64,000 nucleotides of DNA from Blastocystis sp. Blastoise (Eukaryota > Protista > Bigyra: Opalinata). The position numbers were made by a program, and so were the translations under genes. The stretch is taken from the NCBI GenBank assembly GCA_039096225.1, contig JBBPEB010000009.1:1678579-1742578 (forward strand), written 5' to 3'. Shown here in pieces: positions 1 through 21,974 of this stretch (position 1 is the first letter of the stretch; each line of letters begins with the position of its first letter). The notes under the pieces were generated by a model. The model did no database searches. It saw only the letters and a program-made list of their open reading frames with translations, and had not been told where the DNA came from.

Positions 1-280
1 TATTTAAATTTGTGAAAAGGTAAATAACAACATCGTTGAGTTGAAAAAAAAATGAAGATATGTTTGAAAATGTCCAAAATTAGCTGGTATTCCTTAAAAT
101 TTCTTTGGGAATCCTCGAAAAAATGGAATTGTTTTCTTTATTCATTTTAAATGATTTACTCATCGCATATTATTTAAAAAGGTTTTTATTTGTATTACAT
201 ATATTTATCGAAACGTATATATAGAATCCTTACTTGTTTAGAATTATTCTCGTTAGTTTTTAATTTTTTTTATCGCTGTT

Positions 281-2110
281 ATGCTTGAAGAACAAGATAT
301 TTCGATACTATTAGATATTATTCATGTATCAGATTCTTAGTTATACATTATTTTTACATTAGCTCTCTACAACTCCACTTGATGAAGTCTATAATCGTTT
401 TATAACGGTATTTCCAGATTCAAAAATATTTATTTTATCTACATGTCTATCTACGTTGTTACGAGACAATTATCTTACTGAATCAGAGGTATTTGCTTTT
501 CATTTCTTTTTTTTTCATTTTATTTTTAAATATAGAGAATTATTGCCTATTATATTTTATGCAAATTATATCCAGCAGATGAAAATAACATGAATCCTTA
601 TATTGATTTGTTTATTATCGACTTAGAAAATGTATTTTTATGAGTAATAAGTTAGTTAGTTTTTTTCATTCTTCATATATATATTTGTGTGCTATTATAT
701 ATTATTGAATATAGTCACCCAATGTTATTGAAATCGATTTTCTTGAAGATATTATTATTAATAATAATATAGCAAAGGTATATTGTTGTTCCGTTTATGT
801 TTATTATTATTATGTTTAAAGTAGTATAAATTATTATTATCTTTTACTTATTATATATATATAGTATGATTCTATTACTTCATCTCTTCTTCTTTCTCAG
901 TATACGAATCAACAAAATAAACAAATAGTCAGACCGTCAACAGAAACACTTCGTCATTCATTCGATTCATTTTATCCTATTCCTCCAGGTATATATATAT
1001 GTAATTATTATTATTGTTAATATTATTGTTAATATTATTAATATTATAATGGCTTTAAAATAACATTAAAATAATATACAATTTTATTATGAATATTATA
1101 ATAAATATTTTTCATTAATTATTTTTTTATTTTTAATATAACTGTATATATAGCATTAAGAGAAAAAGGTGTTTCGAATTCGTTTAATACATATCTTTCT
1201 ATTACTAATAATACTATATATCAATTTCAAAGACCTACAGATTCATTATCTTCTATTACATTAAGTGGAATAATCACGGGGAATATCATGAATTGGATGG
1301 GTATGGAACCTGAATTACCTGATATACAACCGCCTGTTTTTCCTATGAATAAATCACAATTATTTTTCACATGTCCCTCGTTGATCCCTCTTTCATTTGA
1401 ATGTGTTCCAGATCCCCTCGTGGCACCTGACTTCTCAACGGTAATCACACTATTACAAAACAGTTTAAACCGTATTTTAACAGAAGAAGAAACAAATACT
1501 GTATATTTTAATATTATTATTAGTATATTTATAGTTTATTCCATTTTTATTTATTATTATTATCTTATATATAGTTATTATTATTCTTTTATATATACTT
1601 ATTATTATTATCTTATATATACTTATTATTATTATCTTATATATAGTTATTTACAACTACATATGATATTAAGAATTATATGGATTATATATATACATCG
1701 TCATCAGTAACATCGTCATTCACACTTTATTCACAGTCAGTGAACTCACTATGCGCGTCACTCCTTCAAAAACCAATCGTTGAAACTGTATTCTCTCCGC
1801 ACGTGATGAAATCCCTCATATATTATAATCATAACATAGCAATTTGGTTTTTAAATTATATATTTTCTAACAGTATTCAAACAGATGAGTATAAATAATA
1901 TTATTGATCTATATTATTATAATTTATTTTTATTTTATTATTTATTTTTATTTTATAATTTATTTTTATTTTATAATTTATTTTTATTTTATAATTTATT
2001 TTTATAATTTTTATAATTAAAACCATTGAATATAATATTTACATTTTTTTTTAATCTTTGCCAATATTTAAATATTTCTATAAAATAATATATATATTAT
2101 ATTTCTATAA

Positions 2111-2201
<91 letters not shown>

Positions 2202-2687
2202 TTTAGATGCTATTGTGTCTATTCCTATATCAAAAAAAGTGATGGATGTTGTATATAATTTATGCTTAAGATTCAAATTCCCCAAAACATTTTTCAAATT
2301 ATTTATTTCTAATTGTATTGATTTTGTTAATAAAACAGAAGACAAAAAACAACAAGTATTTTTTATTATTATTTATTATTTTTTTTTATTATTTATTATT
2401 GTTTATCATTATATATTTGTTCATTATGGAACTATATATAATCATATATATATATAGAATAAAAATGCTATTTTACTGTCTATCTTTCTTCAATCTTTGA
2501 TTAAAAATAATATATTTGATTGCAAGGTATATTGATTATTATTATTATATGTGAACTCTATATTTATATATTATTTTATTGAAATATATATATTTTTTTA
2601 TAGGAATTATCAAATGAAATCTTATCATTCTGTTTCTTCTTTTCGTACCTAAGAGAAGTCCTTCTATTACTTCAACAAATGAACTGA
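281..2687 (+). CDS. CNOT11: CCR4-NOT complex subunit 11 (multi-exon)
   Basis: ATG at 281, GT-AG introns, TGA at 2685-2687. The spliced C-terminus YLDAIVSIPISKKVMDVVYNLCLRFKFPKTFFKLFISNCIDFVNKTEDKKQQNKNAILLSIFLQSLIKNNIFDCKELSNEILSFCFFFSYLREV follows the CNOT11 C-terminal pattern (hYISNCI..C...DK..Q...FLQSLI.N...FC..FS..REA). The N-terminal RIIAYYILCKLY...NPY is also consistent. Confidence 0.88.
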
Positions 2688-3125
2688 TTATAAAAAAAAA
2701 AAAACAGAAATTATATTTTGTTTTGTTGTATTTTAAATAGTAAGAAACACTAGAATCAATATATCTATATATAAAGATTATATCTTTAGCTTTATAGGAT
2801 CTAATTTAAAAAAATATATCCTATGATCCATCAATTCTGAAAGTTATTCTTATATTATTGATTTAACAAAACATAAAGATATGATTTATATATCATACAT
2901 TAGTAAAAACTCTGAATTATAATGTATACACCCAATCATTAAATAAATAAAGAATAAAAAAAACTGTCTTTCATACTTATCATTTTTAAAGCCATTATAT
3001 ACAGAAAACCGTAAAACATCTTGGAATCAAAATCTTTTTTTTTTTCATTTTTTGATTATATTAATTTTTCATTATTAAATAGCATTAATTTGTTTTTTTA
3101 ACTTTTATAAATATTATAAACGAAT

Positions 3126-3887
3126 ATGGAAGAGCAACGTGGACATTGGATGAAGTATTCTCAACCTAGTTATGGTGATGAAGCTGGTGAAGTTTATTTT
3201 TATAATACTATAACTGGAGAATCTACTTGGGATATTCCTGAGGAATTTAAAGATGAAATTCATGAAGAAAAAATTGGTATTTTTCTTTTTGATGATCTAT
3301 TTCAGTTTATTTATTTTTGTTTTATTCATATATTATTGATGATTGTAATAAACAAATAATATATAGATGAAGTTGTATTAAAACATGCTTCTACTGTATC
3401 AAAAGCTGAAGATTTAGCAAAATTCTTGAAAGATATTGGCTTAGATAAACAAGAAAATATAAAACCAAATTCGGTTCGTTTATTATATGAAGGATGCAAA
3501 AGTATGATATAAATATTATTATATAATTCGATGAAATTATTATATTCTATATTTCTATTTTTTAAATATTTTCTTTCTTTATAGATATTGCTACTCCTGA
3601 AGACTGGGCTGAATATATGAAACAAAAAGATTATTTATTTATTCAAATCTTATTATTTATATTTGTATATTATTTATTTTTTTATGTTATTAATATATTA
3701 TTTATTTTATGTTCTTATTATATTATTAATATTTTTATGTTATTAATATATTATTTATTTATATTTTAATGCTATTAATATATTATTAATATTTTAATGT
3801 TATTAATATATATATATATAGAATAAAACGACTGATCTTGAAGAATTGATTGCTACTTGCCATATATTTATATTTTTAGGTATATAT

Positions 3888-3919
<32 letters not shown>

Positions 3920-4058
3920 GCTGAATTTGATGAGTCTATTTTGGGATTAATAAAATATGAAAAATTTATTTCAATGAAATATGTATATTTATATATTATT
4001 ATATTATTATAATTATATATAGTTATATAATACAATAGGAAAAACTATTTTACAACAT

Positions 4059-4123
<65 letters not shown>

Positions 4124-4761
4124 ATATATATATATAGATGAAGATTTGTTGCCTTTATATGTATTTTTAGACGCTCTTTTAAGATATGATACTAAACAAA
4201 TTATTAAATGTATATATAGTATACAATATATAGTATATAGTATATATATAGTATTACCAACAATGTCATTTTTAAAGGTATTAACTGAATATGCAAATAA
4301 TCGTGACGAACTCTTCGTCAATTATGCTCTCTCTATCTCTGTATATTCATCTATTCCCATGAGAATCATTATATATATATATAGTTATCTATTTCTTATT
4401 ATTGTTCTGTTCCCGATAAAAATCCATTTTTACAACTTGTGTATTCAAGTATATATATTAATATATATATATATATAATATATATAGATACATTTCCTTT
4501 TATTACTTCTGATATATTGAAAACAATAAATCTTTTAGGTACTCCTTGTAAAGTAAATTATATATATATTTATATATTTATATTTCATATAAATTATATA
4601 TATATTCTATATAGGATGATGTGCTATTACTGTTTATATTAGTGTTTTTGGGAGAAGTATTTTCTACAGAACGAAATAAAGATGTGTTTTATACAAATGA
4701 TATTCATATGTTAATAGATATTATTATTCGAGAAGTTCAAGATTTACCAAGACAAGATTTA

Positions 4762-4850
<89 letters not shown>

Positions 4851-5168
4851 TATATATATATATAGAGTCGTACAAGATATTTAATGGTTTTACAAGGTAT
4901 TCTAGAAACATCTGATTGGAAACAAGTATATATATATAATATATATATAGTATATTATAACTATATATAACTATAAATCTATATATAACTATATATAACT
5001 ATAAATCTATATCTATATAAATATAAATATATCTATATATAGGATCTTTATAGACATAAGGATATATATGAATGTTTGCATAGTCTTATGTATATAGAAG
5101 GAGTAGAAGAAACAGCTCGAAAAACAGCGGATGAACTGGTTGTTCAATTCTTAGAATATTTACAATAA
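3126..5168 (+). CDS. WW-domain + SPIN90/Ldb17 leucine-rich (DUF2013-type) domain protein, WISH/DIP/SPIN90-like (multi-exon)
   Basis: N-terminal WW motif (WMKY...VYFYNTITGESTWDIP). The C-terminal exon VFYTNDIHMLIDIIIREVQDLP matches the SPIN90/Ldb17 signature FYTNDhxhLIDIhhREh.DL. TAA at 5166-5168. Confidence 0.75.
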
Positions 5169-5671
5169 TATATATATATATAAGTAAAACAATTCTTATT
5201 ATTATTTTTCATCACTCTCTTCATTTATAAATTTATATGTATAAATATATATATAATCAATATACATCCAAATAGATATACATAGTTTTTAAAATATATA
5301 TGTATATACATAATCATTTTATTTTCCTTACTTTTTTTGTATTTACATATTTATATATATATATGTTTTTTTTTGAAATATTTATACTAAATATATATAT
5401 GAATTCATCATATTATTTGAAATTTGTTTGTTCTAGTATTTATTTTATTACTTACTATTTCAATATATATTTAACTATGCATAAAATGATATCCTTAATA
5501 AGGATAATATATCATGTAATTCATTCTTTGATATATATGTTTCAAGTCATATATTCATTAAAAAAATAACAAAAACAACAATAAATAATTATATATTTGA
5601 ACAAGAAAAATTAGATAATAATAAAGTAATTAGGATATATATATTAATAAGAATTAAAAAAAGAGAATAGT

Positions 5672-10213
<4,542 letters not shown>

Positions 10214-11008
10214 GGTAGAGAATTTCGTGAATAGTCTCAGAACAAATCTAATCTTTAAAAAAATGCAAAAAAAAGATTATCTGTTTAGTGATTGATAATT
10301 GAAAATTTTGCATCTAATTTCTATGACTTTTTAGATCACTTTTCAAACATAACAACTGAAAAAAGCTGAAAATGTTTTGTGTTTTAAAGACTTTTCTTTT
10401 ATTAATTTTTAAGATTACATTTTTGTATACCGAATATAATTATTCAGACTGATCATATAATACTTAAACAGTTCATAAAAATAAAAATTGTTGAGATCTA
10501 ACAGTTTTTTAAAATAGAATCATAACTAATGCTTCTATTTATTGTGTGAAGGTGTTTCTCGAAAGATTAGAAGATATAAGCAAGTATAAAATATAAATGA
10601 AATTGACTAATATGAATAATTATTTTTTTGTACGAATTTGTTTTTATTAAAAAGGAAATATATTTATTTTTCCAATCCTCACATGTATCACTGAAATCAA
10701 AGAATAGAAAATTAAGCTAATACATCACATGATCAGTAGGAAGAACAACAATATATTCAGATATTATTATAAAAATAAGATATCTGAGGCTTACAATGTT
10801 CAATAGTTTATTGAAATACATGAATTGAGTTCAAAAAGTTTTTATTCCTAATAATTCTTAAATGAAAAAAAAGAAAATAGAATCTAAAAAAGTAAAAATG
10901 AACTAAAATTTTTATTAGAATCGTGGATTTCTTTATAAACTTTTCTTCCGTTTTTAAAGTTTTATATATTATAAAGAAAGTGTAATCTGTGTTTCCTATT
11001 TGATTACA

Positions 11009-14004
11009 ATGAGTTCTCTAAGATTATTCATGTTCTTTATGATCGTGTTGTTATCTTTAATTCAAGTAATTTCTTCAATACTCTTTTTCATTCTAATTCT
11101 TCTTATTCTAGAATGCATATGCACAACCGAAAGAGAAAGAAAAAGTGAATTCAAAAACGAATCATAATATAGAAAATAAAGATTTTATTATTCAGAATTA
11201 TATGACATTATTAGAAAAAAGTATTTTAAAAATTTATTTGTAGTTCCTTAGAGACTGCTATACGTTTTTAAAATTGATATTCTATATTTTTTAGATCCTA
11301 ATGACATTGTCATTCGAAATAGTCTTGGATTATTGTTGATAGAAAGTCAAGAATATGAAGAAGCATTAAAACAATTTGAATTCTTGGTTAATAAAGTTCC
11401 TACGTAAATATTTATGTTTTTTTAATGTTAAATAGATGTTTTTTTCAAATTTTTCTTATATATTTATTTATATAGTGAACTTAAATATCGTTTATCGAGA
11501 TGGGAATGTATATATAAATTAAAAACTGTATCGAAATATATGAATGAATTACAAAGAGATATTCGTAAATATAAAAATATATCCATATTGAGAAACTGTC
11601 TTTATGAAGCTTTTTTTGAATTAGAAAAAGTTAATGTATATAGATATTTATTTATGTTTATAGATTTATTTTAATGTTTATTAATGCTTTTTTGATTATA
11701 TTTATTTTTTATGATTATATATATATTTTATGATTATATATATTATATATATTATATATTATATATATTATATATATTATATGTATTATATATATATATA
11801 GGATATGGAAGTATTTATTTTGGAGGATGAAAAACTAAAGCAAATAGATGATGTTGTATAATATATAATATATATAATATATATAATATATAATATATAA
11901 TATATATAATATATATAATATATATAATATATATAATATATAATATATATAATATATAATATATATAATATATATAATATATATAATATATATAAATAGT
12001 ATTATTATTGGAAGTCTGTGATATTTTATAAGAGAGAACAATATAAATATGCATTAATGAATTTTGATCGAATGAAAAGTATATATATAATAATAATATG
12101 TATAATAATATGATATATATATATATATATATAGCTCCGTTCGCTTTTAACCCTGATTTCAGTTGGTATTATGGGTCTGCGGCCTATTACGCAAAACTAT
12201 TTGATAAAGTGGGTATGTAATAATAAATAATAATAATAAATATAATAAGTTTTAAAAATAAGTATAATAATAATATATATATATATATAGTGACTCCATT
12301 TATGTATTTAGTTAAAGATGGAAAAAACATGTATATATATATATAATATAATATATAATTATATATATATATATATATAGTCCCTCAGATCGAATGTTAA
12401 CAGTATTCCAGTTTCTGATGGAATCATTGGATATTATTCAATCCCCCAAAGAGGGTATTGAAGTTTATATTCAATTTAATAGTCGATTTCCTAAATTTAT
12501 GAAACCATTATATGATATATATATAGCAAATCATTATTGCTCATTAACATTATTAGGAAAACAATATAAAGAAACTTATTCTAGAGGTATGTATTATTTA
12601 TATTATTTATATTATTTATTATTTATTATTTCCATTATTTATATTATTTATTATATATATTATATATATTATATATATTATATATATATTATATATATAT
12701 ATATATAGGTATAAGTATAATTGATAAATTGAGTCAACGAACGGGTTCTGGTTATAATGCTACTCATATTTATTTAAATTATATGAAAGGTGTATGTTAT
12801 ACTTTAGCTGGCCATTATATACAAGCTGCATATACATTATCACCCTATATACTTCCTCTGCCTCAAAAAGATAGTAATAACCACGGGAATCCAAAAGATA
12901 TTCAAGATGATAGTATTCCATTCTCTAGCCAATCCTCTGTTTCTACTCCATTTGTGTTCCATTATACCCCCACATCGTTAGAATATATAACGGATGATAT
13001 GTTAACAGTATTATATAATAATATTCATCCTCAGAAGTGTCCGTTAATGGATTCGTTGCACGTGGATGTTGAAACGGCTGAGGGATTTAAAGATGTGATT
13101 GGTTCTTATGAATATAAACGTCAAGTACAAACGTATTATGAACAAGGACCCAACGTTGAACCAGGAGAATATCTAGATCATATAGTCAAAGAATTCTGGA
13201 GTAATTATCAAGGTATATTTATTATATATTATATATTATATATTATATATTATATATCTTTTTTTACAGATTTTTCAGAATCAAAATATATATATAATAA
13301 TCCATATGAAGAACCAAGAAAAAGGTATATATTATTATTATTAGTATGTTTATATATAATAATTATTATATATATAGTAAAGTAGTTGATCGATCTATAT
13401 CCTTATATATATATATATATATAACTATTATCACTATATATAAATATCTTAATAAATAACGTGTCTGACAGTACAATTGCCCGCTTTTATGTTTATATTA
13501 TGGCGCCCTCTGTGTCTCCTCTTCGATTATATATACTTAAAGATTTTATCTTTATCGACCAAAAGAAAGAAAAGTATATATATATTCTTTTTTTTATTAT
13601 AGATAATAGTTTTTATTAGTATTCTTTAGTTATATATATATATATATATATATAGATCTCAAGGGGAATCAATGGAATGTGGAGTATATAAACAATATAT
13701 ATATATAACTATATATATATAGGTATCCTATTCTATTACAAATACCACCCTTGAAATTGGCGGGAAAAACATTGATATGGAACCTCATATTACAAGAATA
13801 AAGTATATATATATAATATATATATATATATATAACTATATATATAGGCATATATCCTATATGTCTATATATTCAATAATGAAATTGGCTCAAATAAATA
13901 ATGAAACATTAGACATCGAACAACCTTATATTATTCCTGAAGAAGATAAAGAATATCCTTACATATATATATATATATATATAGTTATATTTTTATATAT
14001 CTAG

Positions 14005-14038
<34 letters not shown>

Positions 14039-14998
14039 TTAATAATCACGATTATTCGTGGTCGAAAATTTGATTTTGCGACAGAAGGAGCAGAAAATAT
14101 AAACAGATGTTTTAGGTATATATATATAACTATATAACTATATAACTATATAACTATATATAACTATATAACTATATAACTATATAATTCTATATATAAC
14201 TATATAACTATATAACTATATAACTATATAATTCTATATATATAACTATATATATTACTATATATATAACTATATAACTATATAACTATATATATTACTA
14301 TATATATCTAGTACATATCGCTTAGAGTTTTCTTTAATGAAAGATGATCAGATCTATTTACGTCATATAGTTAACGGCTTCTCTATATATAGACCATTCA
14401 AATGCTCTAATCAACAAATATGTATATATAATAATAATAATATATATATATATATATATAGATTTAACATATATGCGTCGTTTTGTATTAGCGCAAACTT
14501 ATAATCGATATTTAGGACAACATGAACAATATAAAGAAATGTATATATATAACTATAATAACAGTAAAACTCTAACCATATAAATTAACTATAATTATAA
14601 TAATAATAATAACAATAACTATCACTTTATATATATAGTGACGAGTCTATTCGTCATTCAATACATAAAAAGTATCCGTACACTTTATTTTCTCCATTAT
14701 CTCCCGTACGTGAAACACAATTAGTTTTATTGGAGCGTGAATTATGGGGATTAGAATCGTATATAGAGCCACTTTTGGGATTCAAATTATTCTTTGATCG
14801 AATGAAAGTATATATATATATATATAAATAATAAAAAAATGAATATCATCTATATCTATAAATAACTATTTATATATTTTATAGTTAATGAATTCTATCG
14901 AATCATTCACATATGATTATTATTTATTACGAAAAGAAGAAGAATTACTGAAGCAAAAAGATCCAATCAAAATGCTTCTTTCCAAAAAGTGGAACTAA
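11009..14998 (+). CDS. Signal-peptide-bearing TPR-like protein of unknown function (multi-exon)
   Basis: ATG at 11009 gives a hydrophobic leader, MSSLRLFMFFMIVLLSLIQ. Exon DPNDIVIRNSLGLLLIESQEYEEALKQFEFLVNKVP is TPR-like, as is YLNYMKGVCYTLAGHYIQAAYTL. The last exon ends ...LLSKKWN* at 14998. Internal exons were only partly frame-checked. Confidence 0.65.
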
Positions 14999-15661
14999 AC
15001 ACAATTTGTTTTCTTTATTTAGTTTTTATTTTTATATAATTATTATTTTTCTAATAATTTGGCAAGTATTATTTTTATTTAATTCTTTAATTATTATATA
15101 TATATATATATATAGTCTCATTGGATATGATAAAGTATTCTATCTGTTCATATATAAACATATTATATATATATATATATATACTATTTTTCATTTTTAT
15201 TATGATAAATCTTATATGACGTTATTATTTTCAATTTCATTTTATTTTATCTTGTTTTATTATATATATATTCTTCTATAGATCCTATATGTTGATGTTA
15301 TAAATAAATTATTTATAAAAAGAAATATAAAATTTTCTTTTTGAAAATAAAATATTTTTTTGAATCTAAAAAAGTCTGTATATTATATAAGATATACAAA
15401 AAATGTATTACCTTAAACACGATAGAATTAAAAAATTAATATTAACAAAACAATAACAATAGATGAAAATGAAAGGAAGCAAATGCAAATAAGGAAGACA
15501 GAAAAACAATAACAAAACATATGAATTCATTAATAACATAAAGAATAATAGACAAATAAATAGTATTAGAATTCAATAGTAATACTATTTTATAAAGTTA
15601 TATAGTAAAGGAAAAGAATAGAATAACTTTTAAATATTATATATATATATAATAAGAAGAA

Positions 15662-18779
<3,118 letters not shown>

Positions 18780-20663
18780 ATAGACAATGTAAAATAAACT
18801 GAAAATAACTAATAAATAATAGATTATTTAAAAAATCAATGCTAAAAGAAATATCGTAACATATTTATATGCATATATATACATGTAAAGAAATGTTTGC
18901 GATATAAAACAAATACGGAAAATGAAATATGATTTCATTTCCAAAGAAAAAAATAATTACTAAAAACTTCAAATCTACTAAAACGTTTTAGTACTTTGTT
19001 TTTTTGTTTTTTTATTTTATTATTTATTTTTATTGAATTAGCTTTCCATGGAAATGTTTTTATTGATTCTTGAATAATACAATGCATCTTATTGGAAGAA
19101 TGTATTCATTATTATAATTGTAAACCTTTTGAAAATGCTAGTTTCGTGGGATATCTTTCTCGGAGTATTTACTAAAGGTTTTAGTGTTTTAAATAAATAC
19201 CTATAGATATTCGGATATTTCTTTTTATTCAAAGTACTATATTGTTAGTGAAGAGTTCATTTTGTCGTTAGTTAAATTCTTAAAATAGTTTATTTAGAAC
19301 GAGTATTGAATATAAAGATGCTTAAGGGTACAGATCAGTTATTTTTGAAAAGCTAGAAAAATATATGGCGATCGTCGTTGATTTGATCTTGATTTCTGGA
19401 TCTCTGTTTGAGTCTACAGAATATTTACGTCTACCTTAATTGATTCAACTTGGTTTTGACTTCATTTATTAGATAGATCAATCCAAAAACTAAATTACAT
19501 GGTAAATATTTTTTCTTCTCTTTTCTTTTTACATATATATATATCTAAAACTGTATTTAAAGCAATATATTTATGATTTCGTATCATATAGAAAATATCT
19601 GATAGTTGTATGATAGTTTTTTCTATTTTTTTTTTAACTTTTTAGGTTTATACTTGGAATACTAGTGATCTTATATATATAATATGATTTTGAAATTTAG
19701 TTGAATACAAATTGAGATAGGCAAGCTTCATACAGTTTCATTTGTGCGAAAAACATTATTCAAAAGTGGTTTTTCTTGTAGAATAATATCAAAACTTTTT
19801 GTTTTGAATTATATACATATATTTTTTATTTTCTATATATTTTTATTCATACTTTCAATAGAGAATGTTTTAAGTATATGTGACAATGAGTGTAATCCAC
19901 TTTATGAGTAATTTATCTCATTTAAATAGAATTCATATGAATTTATATATAGATTCTATGTACTAATTAGTATTGATAAGGTATTTATACCAATATATAT
20001 ATGCGTAGTAACCATAATATACATAAAACTCATTTAAAATCTATCATTATAAGTTACAGACTATCCACTCTATGTAAAGAAGTAACTATGATGACATTTA
20101 GAAAAGATGACATGAATACAGATTTATTGACTGCCTATAAAATAAATGAATTTAATGAAAATAAGAATATATACAAAAAAGGAAGTACATAACAAGATTA
20201 TTTTAGATATAACACAAAACAATATAATACATGTTTGATTGAACTTTATTATAGAGTTGTAATTGATATATCTATATATAGATTATGGTCTTTAGAGTTA
20301 AATGAGAGAATCAAGATTTAGTTTTTGCTTTATTAATTATAATTATACTTTATACTTGTTCAGTATTGTTTTTCTTTTTAAGGTTGGTATAGTTATAGTA
20401 TACACATTGATTATATTATGGTAGCTTGACTTAACAATAGCTGGCTATGAAGATTGAGAGATGATATAAATATGCTTTTTTGTCCCGTAGAAAAATAGGA
20501 AAAAAGAGAGATACAAATTGGATCTCCAATGAAAAAATAGGTATCCATTTGTTAATCTTTAGATAACACAAAGACTTGTGTAAGAACTGTGGTATCATGT
20601 ATATATATTCATATTCAATTTTATTTATGATATATATTATTTAAAAATATAATTAATTCACAG

Positions 20664-21914
20664 ATGTGTCCTGGTATAAATCAAGAGAATTCTCTCGATT
20701 CAAATAGGGAGTCACCACATGAATCTATTCAAGAATCCAAAATATTTATCTTTCAAGATGAAAGTGTAGTGAGTATTTCGATGTCTCTATTGGAGGAATT
20801 TCCAGAATCATTATTTTCATTAACAATCAAAAGCACAGACAACTATATAGAAGAAGAAGATGCATACTATATTGATTCTCCGCCGCTTTCTATTTGTAAA
20901 TTGATTTTATTTATGGAGAAAAATATTAGTCTTGAGTCTTTAAGTGTAAATGATATTCTTGAAATGTATAACTCAATAGAATATTTCTTTAAAGATGATT
21001 CTATCAAGTATATGATAAAAATGAAATTATTTCTGGAGGAGAAATTTTTACTATTTCTGAAACAGAATCAATGCACCTTGTATTTTTTTTTAGAAAATTT
21101 TACTTTTTATCGTATATAGAGACAATGAATGTTTTCTTTTTGATGAAAATCGTTGCATAACTATGAATTGTATATTAAAAATAATATATATATAAGTATA
21201 TTTTTTTTTAGTATTATTTACAAAGGATATCAATTTTGCATTTCTTCAATATTCAAAATTATTTGATTTCTTTTTAATAACAAAAGTCTCTTTAGGATGT
21301 ATATATATATATAGTATATAATTTGAAACTGTTTTTCTTAGTTGATTTTTCGTATGATATTCCTTATGACTATATATATCCATCAAATCTACATGAAATA
21401 TTCCCAAAATTAGAAATATATGAACTGAGAGGTATATATATATATATATATATATAGATCGCTATAATACTATAAATAGTATTATACTATTGTCAAAAAA
21501 AGGAACTTCGATTAACACCAAAAGATCCTCATTATACAGAATTCTATATAGAATATAAACGACAATATTATGAACTTAATTGTCCTGAATTATATAATTG
21601 GTGTATACATTCAAATTTTGAACTAGATGCCTGTTATATACCTGAAAGTATTTATTTATATTCATCAAACGATCCCCAGAAGAAAAAATATAGAACAACA
21701 GGATATATATATCCAAGTAATAATCATATAGATATCAATGAAGAAATAATGAATGAAAAAGAAGAAGATAAACCTGTTTTATATATTCCTTCATTTTATA
21801 ATGTTTTATGCGAAAATAGAAAAGATGATATAACGATAGAAAAGAAATGTATTAATAAATCTTCAAGATGTAATGCAACATTTTTAGTATTTTCTTATAT
21901 AGATGATTGTGGAA

Positions 21915-21974
<60 letters not shown>

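Noticed and set aside
2641-2740. Polyadenylation-created stop codons as in Blastocystis (TGTTTGTT-like motif downstream)
   Set aside because: TG-rich motifs follow some genes, but every gene I reconstructed has a genome-encoded stop.
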